Shown piece after piece: positions 1 through 7,665 of a stretch of 50,433 nucleotides of DNA. The stretch spans positions 1-50,433 of IMG/VR virus record IMGVR_UViG_3300017721_000911, one strand, 5' to 3'. The DNA is from a virus. Its lineage: Duplodnaviria; Caudoviricetes. The notes under the pieces were generated by a model, which was not told where the DNA came from, ran no database searches, and worked only from the letters and a program-made list of their open reading frames with translations. A program made the position numbers and the translations under genes. Every line of letters starts with the position of its first letter. The stretch's first letter is position 1.

Positions 1-202
1 CCTGAAGACAACAATCACGACCTAAGACATTATTCGCACACGAACAAAAAGTTCCGTCTTGTGCCCCACCTGTTGTACAACAGGCTCCAAGTGCATCTGG
101 AATGTAAGGTGGTTCGTTGACATTAAAGGCAACGGTTTGGTCTACTCTTAAAAGTTGTCCTCTTGAAAGTGCTGAAACAGCCTTGCGAATCTTTTGTCTC
201 AT
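1..202 (-). CDS. Cys-rich hypothetical protein, runs off the window edge (not in ORF track)
   Basis: ATG at 202 overlaps the upstream TAA (TAATG). Open to base 1: MRQKIRKAVSALSRGQLLRVDQTVAFNVNEPPYIPDALGACCTTGGAQDGTFCSCANNVLGRDCCLQ. Confidence 0.7.
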   Translation of the reverse strand, partial: MRQKIRKAVSALSRGQLLRVDQTVAFNVNEPPYIPDALGACCTTGGAQDGTFCSCANNVLGRDCCLQ

Positions 203-912
203 TATGAAGCCTGATAGGTAAATGTTGCAAATTCTCTTGTCGCGTTGAATGGATCAAGAAGTGCAGAGAATCGAAGACGATCAATATCGTCCAATTCAAT
301 AAACACTTCCTCGCCGGGAAGCAACAAGTAAGCATTTGCGGTCGCACCACCAGATGAGTAATCACTATTTGATACTGCAATGATTGCACCACTTAGTGTC
401 AGACCAGCAAAGTTTTTGATTTTGATTCCAGTTGCACAAGAGAAACCGGGAAGTTGAACAACAGGAGGAGTATCGGTTCCAAGAAACCGTGAACCCATCG
501 TCAAGGAGGATGGCAGAACGACATCAGAGATGATTACTGATGATCCACTAATGTCCAGAGTCGTACCGTCCACATTTTGAACACCAAATGTCAATCCAGT
601 CGTGAATCCATCGATGGTAACTCTGAATTGATCTCCTGTGATCGTACCCGTAAATCCAAAGGTTCCTGTGACCAAGATAGGACCACCCTCAGTGTTTCCG
701 GCAACGGGAAGAGTCTGGAAGGTGTTATTGATTCCTTGAATATTTACAGGAAGCGGGTTTTGGTTTGAAACTTGTGAAAAAGAGTTTTCATCACCAAAGT
801 CAAGTTTTACAATTTGGTAATGTGAGTCTTTTGCGGACACATAATCGGTCGCTACGCTTGCTCCGGAAAGACCGGGATTTAATCGAACATTGTCTTGCTG
901 AAACTGTGACAT
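202..912 (-). CDS. hypothetical protein, probably a virion structural protein
   Basis: 236-aa Gly/Thr-rich ORF with late-promoter-like ATACATA upstream on the minus strand. Confidence 0.65.
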   Translation of the reverse strand: MSQFQQDNVRLNPGLSGASVATDYVSAKDSHYQIVKLDFGDENSFSQVSNQNPLPVNIQGINNTFQTLPVAGNTEGGPILVTGTFGFTGTITGDQFRVTIDGFTTGLTFGVQNVDGTTLDISGSSVIISDVVLPSSLTMGSRFLGTDTPPVVQLPGFSCATGIKIKNFAGLTLSGAIIAVSNSDYSSGGATANAYLLLPGEEVFIELDDIDRLRFSALLDPFNATREFATFTYQAS

Positions 913-928
913 AGGTGTATACTCCGTA

Positions 929-943
929 CTACATAATATGTAT
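929..943. promoter_or_regulatory. overlapping divergent late-promoter-like boxes
   Basis: CTACATA (+, 929-935) and ATACATA (-, 943-937) form the palindrome TACATA-A-TATGTA between divergent genes. Confidence 0.6.
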
Positions 944-954
944 GCGAGGTGAAT

Positions 955-1182
955 ATGTTTGAAGATTTAGAAAAGACTTTCTCTCGAAAAGTTGAAGAAA
1001 TGGTTCTAAAAAATGGTGATGGATATATGGATACAATTAATCTACTTTGTGAAGAAATGGTCATTGAACCAGAACTCGCTGCAAAATATCTATCAAAGCC
1101 AATTATTGAAAAAATTCGTGTGGAAGCCGAAAACATAAATTTACTCCCACGCGGTCCAAAATTATTTTCAGATGGGTCTTGA
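955..1182 (+). CDS. gp33: late transcription coactivator gp33
   Basis: Small acidic protein with F.R.VE..V....YMD.I..LCEE..IEPE..AK.LS.PI.EKI..EAE..NLL pattern, adjacent to gp32. ATG at 955 follows GAGGT; GTG at 949 is an alternative start. Confidence 0.85.
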   Translation: MFEDLEKTFSRKVEEMVLKNGDGYMDTINLLCEEMVIEPELAAKYLSKPIIEKIRVEAENINLLPRGPKLFSDGS

Positions 1183-1206
1183 CAAGGGGTCAGACCCGAC
1201 TACAAT
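1179..1206 (+). promoter_or_regulatory. sigma70-type promoter for gp32
   Basis: TTGACA (1179-1184), 16-nt spacer, TACAAT (1201-1206). Confidence 0.7.
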
Positions 1207-1259
1207 ACTTACAACTGTCCGACAACAAATAACAACAATTAAAACAGGAGAAAACAGTT

Positions 1260-2165
1260 ATGTCATTTGAAGAACTTAAACGTCGAAGTCAAAATAAAGA
1301 TGCCCTCATTGAGAAACTCACCTCAATGGATGATGGGGATAAGAAGAAGTCATATAAGGATGATCGTTTCTGGCGACCAACTGTAGATGACGCAGGAACC
1401 GCAAGTGCGGTAATTCGTTTCCTTCCAGAAGCACAAGGAGATGAAGATTCGTGGGTTTTGTATTACAATCACGCATTCCAAGGTCCGGGTGGCTGGTTCA
1501 TTGAAAACTCTCGCACCACTTTTGGTGAGAAAGATCCGGTTTCGGAAATGAACAGTAAACTTTGGAACAGTGGTTTGCAATCCAACAAGGATCTTGTTTC
1601 TCAGAAGTATAAGAGAAAGAAGAACTTTGTATCAAACATCCTTGTCATTAATGATTCAGGTAATCCCGAAAACAACGGTAAGGTTTTCCTTTATCGTTAC
1701 GGGGTTAAGATTCATCAAAAGATTATGGATGCAATGAAGCCAGAGTTTGCGGATGAAGAACCTATCATCCCATTCGATTTCTGGCAAGGTGCAAACTTCC
1801 GATTGCGTCAACGCAAGGTCGCTGGTTATCCCAACTACGACAAGTCGGAGTTTGATTCGCCTTCCGCTCTTCTTGATGGAGATGAAGAGAAGTTGAAGGC
1901 AATCTGGGAGCAAGAGTATGCTCTCAGTGAGTTTGTCGATCCGACAAACTACAAATCTTATGATGAGTTGAAGACTCGTCTTGAGAGCGTCCTTGGCGGC
2001 TCGCAGCCGACTACGACAGCAGAAACAGTTGCTGTCAATGATGCACCAGTTATCCAAACTGAGGATAAGATTTCTGGTGGTGGTCAGGGGGACCGTGAGG
2101 AAGTCCAGCCTGATTCGGAAGAGTCTGCATTGGACTACTTCCAACGGCTCGCAGCCGAGGACTGA
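1260..2165 (+). CDS. gp32: single-stranded DNA-binding protein gp32
   Basis: DDRFW, AVIRFLP, HAFQGPGGWFIENS.TT, PFDFWQGANF, NYDKSEF motifs and acidic C-terminal tail; AGGAG RBS. Confidence 0.97.
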   Translation: MSFEELKRRSQNKDALIEKLTSMDDGDKKKSYKDDRFWRPTVDDAGTASAVIRFLPEAQGDEDSWVLYYNHAFQGPGGWFIENSRTTFGEKDPVSEMNSKLWNSGLQSNKDLVSQKYKRKKNFVSNILVINDSGNPENNGKVFLYRYGVKIHQKIMDAMKPEFADEEPIIPFDFWQGANFRLRQRKVAGYPNYDKSEFDSPSALLDGDEEKLKAIWEQEYALSEFVDPTNYKSYDELKTRLESVLGGSQPTTTAETVAVNDAPVIQTEDKISGGGQGDREEVQPDSEESALDYFQRLAAED

Positions 2166-2191
2166 TTCCATTTGACAGAGATGGAATCCCT

Positions 2192-2222
2192 AAGACCCCT
2201 GCTTCGGCGGGGGTCTTTTTTT
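2192..2222 (+). terminator. rho-independent terminator after gp32
   Basis: AAGACCCCTGC-TTCG-GCGGGGGTCTT followed by a T run; C(UUCG)G tetraloop; lies between convergent genes. Confidence 0.9.
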
Positions 2223-3846
2223 ATCTACCACCAAAAGCAATTCCTTGCATAGCATATGCTGCCGCTTCCATATCTGCCGACACAGGACTTGGTGAAGACT
2301 CAAGGGCAAAGTTATTGCTAACGGGCGTTGTGCTATTTTGAACAATTACTGTTGATGCTCCAGAACCAGACTCACGTTCTGCTCTTAATCTTGCATCAAA
2401 GACTCTTTCTCTCGCCTCCATCTTTCTTTCCATTTCTGATGTGATGTCACGACGAATATTTTCAATTCTTCCCTGTGTTTCTGCTGTCCTATCAAGAATT
2501 TGATTTTCAAGATTAGTACTTAAATTCCGGGACGCTGATGCCCCCGACCGAAGAGTTTCTGCACCACCAATTTCTACTCCAAAGAAACCAAGTCTGCTAT
2601 TAATATCCTCAATAATACCTGCAACACCATCCATTAATGTTGCTGCGACATTGTTTACCATAATTTTAACACGGTCAACTAAGTTTGAGAATGCTGTAGG
2701 TATCGTATCCGTAAAGAAAAATGATGCCTCTGCAACTCCTAATTTTATGAAGCCCGGAAGCGTTACAGAAAAGAAGTCTGGTAATGTTTTAACAAAGAAA
2801 TTTTTGACTTTGGAAAATACGTCCGGCAGTGTAATTGTAAAGAACTCAAATACTTTTGTAAAGAATCCCGACAACCCATCAATCACCTTATCAAAGAAAC
2901 CCATTACTCCTTCTTCAGACAGCAATCCAAATGATAGACCCTCCAACACGCTGGCAAAGGCTTGTCTGATGCCTTTCAAAAATCCACCATCTTCTGCGGT
3001 GAATCCTTTGATAAATCCTGTAATAGCGTCGAAAGCGATGAGTAGTTGTCCGAGGATAGGAACAAATTTGAAAACCCTTCCCACGACTCGTTTGAATCTA
3101 CCAAAGAATTCACCAACTCTTGTGAACAATTGGCTCACACCTGCAAGCGAACCACCCTCTGCGAACAGTTTTCCGATTCTTCCTGCTGGTCCAAATGCCC
3201 CTTTAATCTTGGTAAAGAAGTTTGAGATCCTTGAAAAAATATTCTTATCACCCGAACCAAAAAATCTTGTATTGAGTCTTTTAAAAAATTCTGTGATTTG
3301 CACACGAAGTGAAATGAGCCGGACTCTAATTGAGTCGCCGCTCCTGCCGAAAGAAATATTTCCGATTGCTTTGAACAGACTAATCAATGGGTTTTTGACA
3401 CCTTTGACAAAAGCCCCACGAATAATGCTACTGTCTTTGATTGCTTTTGCCGCTCCAAGTTGCCGACCAGCACCGAGGGCGACGGCTCCACCTGCTGCTA
3501 ACGCACCTTTACCCGGAATTGTGAATCCGTCTTCAGTGAGCGGTCTGGTATTTTTTGCGATTTCGGAAAGTGCTTGGAGTTGCTTTCCGAAAATACCAGC
3601 AAGTTTTTGTGCCAAGAGGGTAGCCAAAAAGTTTGCATTATTTTTTTCTTGTCGAGCGTTCTCCTCTCGCTCCTCTTTTGATGGACCAGACAACGTTTTA
3701 GACACGATTACATCAACATTACTTTTAATGTCTGAGATATCTTTTTCGAGTTTATCTTCACCTTCGTTACCCTGTGACAAAGCAGAGATGATATCTCTGA
3801 TTTCATCTCGTTCCGATTTTGGGTCTAGTCCTTCAAATTCAGCCAT
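2221..3846 (-). CDS. probable tape measure / baseplate hub protein (gp29-like)
   Basis: 541 aa, helical, with amphipathic Phe-rich repeats and hydrophobic segments; directly downstream of gp26/gp51; AGGAG RBS. Confidence 0.65.
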   Translation of the reverse strand: MAEFEGLDPKSERDEIRDIISALSQGNEGEDKLEKDISDIKSNVDVIVSKTLSGPSKEEREENARQEKNNANFLATLLAQKLAGIFGKQLQALSEIAKNTRPLTEDGFTIPGKGALAAGGAVALGAGRQLGAAKAIKDSSIIRGAFVKGVKNPLISLFKAIGNISFGRSGDSIRVRLISLRVQITEFFKRLNTRFFGSGDKNIFSRISNFFTKIKGAFGPAGRIGKLFAEGGSLAGVSQLFTRVGEFFGRFKRVVGRVFKFVPILGQLLIAFDAITGFIKGFTAEDGGFLKGIRQAFASVLEGLSFGLLSEEGVMGFFDKVIDGLSGFFTKVFEFFTITLPDVFSKVKNFFVKTLPDFFSVTLPGFIKLGVAEASFFFTDTIPTAFSNLVDRVKIMVNNVAATLMDGVAGIIEDINSRLGFFGVEIGGAETLRSGASASRNLSTNLENQILDRTAETQGRIENIRRDITSEMERKMEARERVFDARLRAERESGSGASTVIVQNSTTPVSNNFALESSPSPVSADMEAAAYAMQGIAFGGR

Positions 3847-4030
3847 TTTTTGCTCCTAGCCTTTCATATTCCTTTCTTTCACTCTCAATATCTTGAATAT
3901 AGAGATTGATGTAAATAATTCTTTCCCACGGCATCATATTGCTAATTGTTTCAAGACTCATATGTGCCTTGATCATCAGGTGAAAATTCATTTGTAGATG
4001 GGACGCAATTGAGTCGTGACCCATCATCAA
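3839..4030 (-). CDS. gp51: baseplate hub assembly chaperone gp51, possibly the C-terminal part of a gp26-gp51 frameshift product
   Basis: NF.LM...H.SL..I.NMMPWER.IY motif. Confidence 0.85.
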   Translation of the reverse strand: MMMGHDSIASHLQMNFHLMIKAHMSLETISNMMPWERIIYINLYIQDIESERKEYERLGAKNG

Positions 4031-4054
4031 GTAAAAAAATTCTGCAAGCCCTCC
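3997..4054 (-). promoter_or_regulatory. candidate -1 programmed ribosomal frameshift cassette
   Basis: GGAGG (4054-4050), 10 nt, T_TTT_TTT (4039-4033), 7 nt, then hairpin GATGGG..ACG/CGT-CCCATC (4025-3997). Confidence 0.6.
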
Positions 4055-4719
4055 ACTTCAATATCAAGTTCCTCTCCACAGTGCTTACACTCACATTTTT
4101 GTTTGATAACACATCTTGGGAACTCTTCCACCTTTTCAACAATCTTCTGAATCTGTTTAAGACTCAATGATTCAATAAAATCACTTCGTTCTTTCTTTGT
4201 AAAGTCTTTGAAATGATAAACATTTTGATCGTTAAATACCGTCTTGATAACGTTCTCGGACAATTCCAAGACATCAGTTTCTTCACCACTGTATTTTTCA
4301 ATTGAACGAGAGTTCAATGGTTGGACTTCAACGCCAACATTTTCTTGCAGCATCACAACGACATCTTCTGGGTACTCTTTGTTCAGAGATAGATTCTCGA
4401 TGCTCACCTCCAGTGGAAATGACTTATTACATTTATCGCAGGTGTAGTTGATGTCGATGCTTTCACCCACGGATCTTGATCTCATATGAATAAACAAATG
4501 TTCAAGATCAAAATATGATAATTCTTCGACTTTAGTTTCGTCTTCAATGCAAGACTGTACAACAGTTTCAATACAACGAATGATGTCTTTTGATGAATCA
4601 CTTTCTTTCATCATCAGCATCACCTTTTCTTCTTTTACAAGAAATGGTCGAAACTTCACCATTTCCCCACTAGGGATTTTAGTTTCATATTTTGGTGTCA
4701 CAATAATTGGAATGCTCAT
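4027..4719 (-). CDS. gp26: baseplate hub assembly protein gp26
   Basis: P.Y...IPSG..VKFRPFLVKEEK, R.RSVGE, two CxxC pairs, C-terminal EGLQNFF. Confidence 0.92.
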   Translation of the reverse strand: MSIPIIVTPKYETKIPSGEMVKFRPFLVKEEKVMLMMKESDSSKDIIRCIETVVQSCIEDETKVEELSYFDLEHLFIHMRSRSVGESIDINYTCDKCNKSFPLEVSIENLSLNKEYPEDVVVMLQENVGVEVQPLNSRSIEKYSGEETDVLELSENVIKTVFNDQNVYHFKDFTKKERSDFIESLSLKQIQKIVEKVEEFPRCVIKQKCECKHCGEELDIEVEGLQNFFT

Positions 4720-4732
4720 AATAATCCTTTCA

Positions 4733-5302
4733 TTATCTTAAGAAAAATTCTTTAAAGGAGAACGTCACGGGTAACTGGATAAGTGATGTGTTTTCTGATT
4801 CAAAGTTAAAAGAACCAACAGACTTTGGGAAAATTTCACGAATAAAAAACGAGTTTTGACCCTCAACCTCACCCTTATCATTTAAAATATCAAGATACGC
4901 ATCACAAACATAATCTGTCCTGTAGGTGTACAATCCAGTTCTTGTGGGGTAAATACCATTTAACCAGTTTGTCATTGTTTTACGAAGTAATGACTCTCTA
5001 TCTAAAAGTAAATTAACTGTGAGATCCCCCTCATAGTTCATCTGATATGGATGTTCGTAGTCAACACCACTAACCTTTATAGCGTTCGTAGCGACCGTCT
5101 GAGAGGGTGTATTGATTGATTGGATGCGGTTGTCGAATTCCTCAACAAAGTCCCTCACGCTCCATCCAGCGGCGGAACAGGCGGCTTGTAGGTTTGCCGG
5201 AATGTTGACAAATTCAAAACGATAACGATCAGACCTTTGGGTTCCAAACCGCCCCATCGATCCAATAAATCTATTAATACTAATTGGTCCTAAATCTGCC
5301 AT
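4733..5302 (-). CDS. tail tube-like protein (gp54/gp19-like tube initiator)
   Basis: Tube-fold features (PY...Y..LTV.., IFPKSVG, QLPVTFSF); located between gp2 and gp26. Confidence 0.7.
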   Translation of the reverse strand: MADLGPISINRFIGSMGRFGTQRSDRYRFEFVNIPANLQAACSAAGWSVRDFVEEFDNRIQSINTPSQTVATNAIKVSGVDYEHPYQMNYEGDLTVNLLLDRESLLRKTMTNWLNGIYPTRTGLYTYRTDYVCDAYLDILNDKGEVEGQNSFFIREIFPKSVGSFNFESENTSLIQLPVTFSFKEFFLR

Positions 5303-5901
5303 TATGTTCTCTCAGATGTATCTAGGATATTTTTTAGAATATCTTCGTATGATTTTCTATATGCAGTCGAAGCAGAGGTTTTTCTCCAAGCACGCTCAAG
5401 TATTTTTGAAGTTGGTCCGAGAAAGAAGTCCTCCCAAATATTTGGGTGTAATTGTAAAGATACTGCACCCATTCTTGGAATGATATATTTTCTAACACAA
5501 CTTTTGGCAACCGCCGACAAATATGTTTCATTAAGCATTCCCTCATATGAGAAATTAATCTGTGTTTTGTTACCAGATTCGTTCCCAAGAGATTTTGATG
5601 TAAGCACTTTTGTGAGGAAAAATTTTCTAAATTTTCTTGGTAAATGAAAAAGATTCATACCAGTGAGGTAATCACGTTTCACATCAATCACCAGAACTCC
5701 GGGGAACAAGTGGTAGTATGGAATTGTGTCAATTGTTTTGGGAACTGGATACGAAAAAAATTGAACGCTGCCAGCAAGTTGATCACCCTTTTTAAGAGCA
5801 GGTGGAGATTCAATACTAATATTATCAATTGAGTATCGACTACCTGATTGTGATAGTAGTTTTTTAATCTTTCCGGATGTGCGAACATACTCACTTGCCA
5901 T
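5302..5901 (-). CDS. gp2: DNA end protector protein gp2-like
   Basis: FF.Y..PKT...IPYY..FP, GMNL.HLP...R and C.RKY motifs; follows gp4. Confidence 0.75.
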   Translation of the reverse strand: MASEYVRTSGKIKKLLSQSGSRYSIDNISIESPPALKKGDQLAGSVQFFSYPVPKTIDTIPYYHLFPGVLVIDVKRDYLTGMNLFHLPRKFRKFFLTKVLTSKSLGNESGNKTQINFSYEGMLNETYLSAVAKSCVRKYIIPRMGAVSLQLHPNIWEDFFLGPTSKILERAWRKTSASTAYRKSYEDILKNILDTSERT

Positions 5902-6328
5902 AGATTTCTTTCTCTGTCAAAATCTTAAACTTCCAACCTTTTTTGTGACAGACGTTTTCTGCTGCTTCCCACTTTGCTTGATTTACCAAATAAGTATTTG
6001 CCTCATTCAGAAACCTTTTGGTTATTCTTTTTGGTTTCTTTGGACTCTGGGTATACTTGGCTGGTTTAACCTCAAGCATCTGTGTCTCAATCTCACCCGT
6101 TTTGTTCTTAACTTCAATTATAAAATCAGGAAAATATTTGTGTCGTTTTTTATCGACTGGTGAAAGGTATGGGATAGCCATCTCTTCGGATGCCCAACGA
6201 ATCACATTTGGATTCTCATCAAAGATTCTCATACATTTACGCTCCCATAGGGATCTGTAAACAATTTTTGTTGGATCACCAAGATATTTTGAAGGATTCT
6301 TTGGTTGATACTTTCCACGGTACGCCAT
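5891..6328 (-). CDS. gp4: head completion nuclease gp4
   Basis: MAY.GKY.PKNP.KY.GDPT.I.YRSLWER, WASEE, Y.PDF, EVKP, N.AKW.AA motifs. Confidence 0.96.
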   Translation of the reverse strand: MAYRGKYQPKNPSKYLGDPTKIVYRSLWERKCMRIFDENPNVIRWASEEMAIPYLSPVDKKRHKYFPDFIIEVKNKTGEIETQMLEVKPAKYTQSPKKPKRITKRFLNEANTYLVNQAKWEAAENVCHKKGWKFKILTEKEIYGK

Positions 6329-6343
6329 ACATAGAATATGTAG
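6327..6343. promoter_or_regulatory. overlapping divergent late-promoter-like boxes
   Basis: ATACATA (+, 6327-6333) and CTACATA (-, 6343-6337); palindrome TACATA-GAA-TATGTA between gp4 and gp48. Confidence 0.6.
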
Positions 6344-6351
6344 GAGGCACT

Positions 6352-7665
6352 ATGGCAGTTGACGAATCAGGAATGCAACCGCAATCCACACAACCCGATA
6401 CCACAAATAGAACAGCACTTGATGATTTGGTTGATGCAGGATCATCTTTTCTTGTAGACAACAGTTTAAAGGATTTGGCTGATGTATTTGATGACGTTGG
6501 TATTGGACAAAATGAATACTTTAGCAGTCGATCAAAGGGTCGATCTGCAAGTCTTTACCAATACGAAAGCGATCTCGTTTATCCTCTTGATCTGACAGAA
6601 GAAAGTGAAACAAATCGACAATCTTCCTACATTCGCTTTCAGGTTTTCAAGCGAAAAAGTCAACGTGCCAAGGTCGGTATTGATACGAGTGGGGATGGTC
6701 CGTTTTTCACTGCTGGCTTGGTTGACAGGCAGGGAAATATTGAAGAAGGGATTGAATTAAGCACCGACACGTTCAGTAGCCTTGAAAACTTCACTGATTC
6801 TTTTGTTTCTCAAGATGAAAAGTCATCGTACACGGCATATGGCAAATATGGTGATTTAATTGGAAATCGTGGGATTGCCTTTGATCCTTTGAAGGGTGAG
6901 TTGTCACGGACAAATCGGTTTGGCAATAAAACCTCAGTCGGTCCATCTGCCAATCGTGAAATTGTAAACAAAGTGGCATCAGACATTCGGTTGTCCAAGG
7001 CTACTGAAAAACTTGAAGAACAAATTTTAATGTATATCCCATCAGGTTTGAACTTCTCTGATAAAGTGGATTACGAAGAGGGATCTGCTGGAGTCTTCAA
7101 TGCGATCAACGAAGCCGTTTCTGGTAACATCGGTGCGGGTATTGATAAACTTAAATTACTTGGTGTAGAAAAACTGTCACAGAAAGCAGCAAAAAATATT
7201 CCAACAGGTGGTGAAAATGATCTGTCTAACTTTTTCCGAGCAAGGCTTGGCTTTGCAGAAAACCCAAAGAACGAATCGTTGTTCAGAGGTGTCGGAAGAA
7301 AGACATTTTCACTTGAGTTTAAGTTCGCTCCAAGAAATCAACGCGAGTCAATTATGATGTTAAACATCATTGAGGCTTTTCGTTTTCATATGCTTCCCGA
7401 ACTCTCCATCTCATCCACGATGTTGCTCGCACCACACGAATTTGATGTGAGTTTTTTCTATCGTGATTTGCCTTCTGGTGAGTTTGTAGAAAATGTTAAT
7501 CTTCCTAAGATTGGTCGTGCATTCTTGACCGACTTATCAGTAAACTACGCACCGAGTGAACGGTCTACCTTTTTCCGAGATGGTGTACCAACTGAGGTGA
7601 CACTCAATCTCACTATGAGTCAGGCTGTTCTTCTCAATCGTCAACTTATTTTGGCAGGATTCTAA
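6352..7665 (+). CDS. gp48: baseplate tail tube cap gp48
   Basis: LVYPLD, NP..E.LF.GV..R.FS.EFKFAPRN..E, F..G.P.EV.L.L motifs. Start moved to ATG 6352 after AGGAGG, because the track start at 6190 overlaps gp4. Confidence 0.88.
   Translation: MAVDESGMQPQSTQPDTTNRTALDDLVDAGSSFLVDNSLKDLADVFDDVGIGQNEYFSSRSKGRSASLYQYESDLVYPLDLTEESETNRQSSYIRFQVFKRKSQRAKVGIDTSGDGPFFTAGLVDRQGNIEEGIELSTDTFSSLENFTDSFVSQDEKSSYTAYGKYGDLIGNRGIAFDPLKGELSRTNRFGNKTSVGPSANREIVNKVASDIRLSKATEKLEEQILMYIPSGLNFSDKVDYEEGSAGVFNAINEAVSGNIGAGIDKLKLLGVEKLSQKAAKNIPTGGENDLSNFFRARLGFAENPKNESLFRGVGRKTFSLEFKFAPRNQRESIMMLNIIEAFRFHMLPELSISSTMLLAPHEFDVSFFYRDLPSGEFVENVNLPKIGRAFLTDLSVNYAPSERSTFFRDGVPTEVTLNLTMSQAVLLNRQLILAGF

Noticed and set aside
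2172-2177. TTGACA after gp32
   Set aside because: No -10 box at a suitable distance, and it points into a terminator.
2651-3859. 402-aa ORF antisense to the tape measure candidate
   Set aside because: Shadow of the real gene with no RBS or recognisable motif; its composition mirrors the sense-strand codons.
6190-6351. N-terminal extension of gp48 given in the ORF track
   Set aside because: Overlaps gp4 on the other strand; the ATG at 6352 has a strong AGGAGG.
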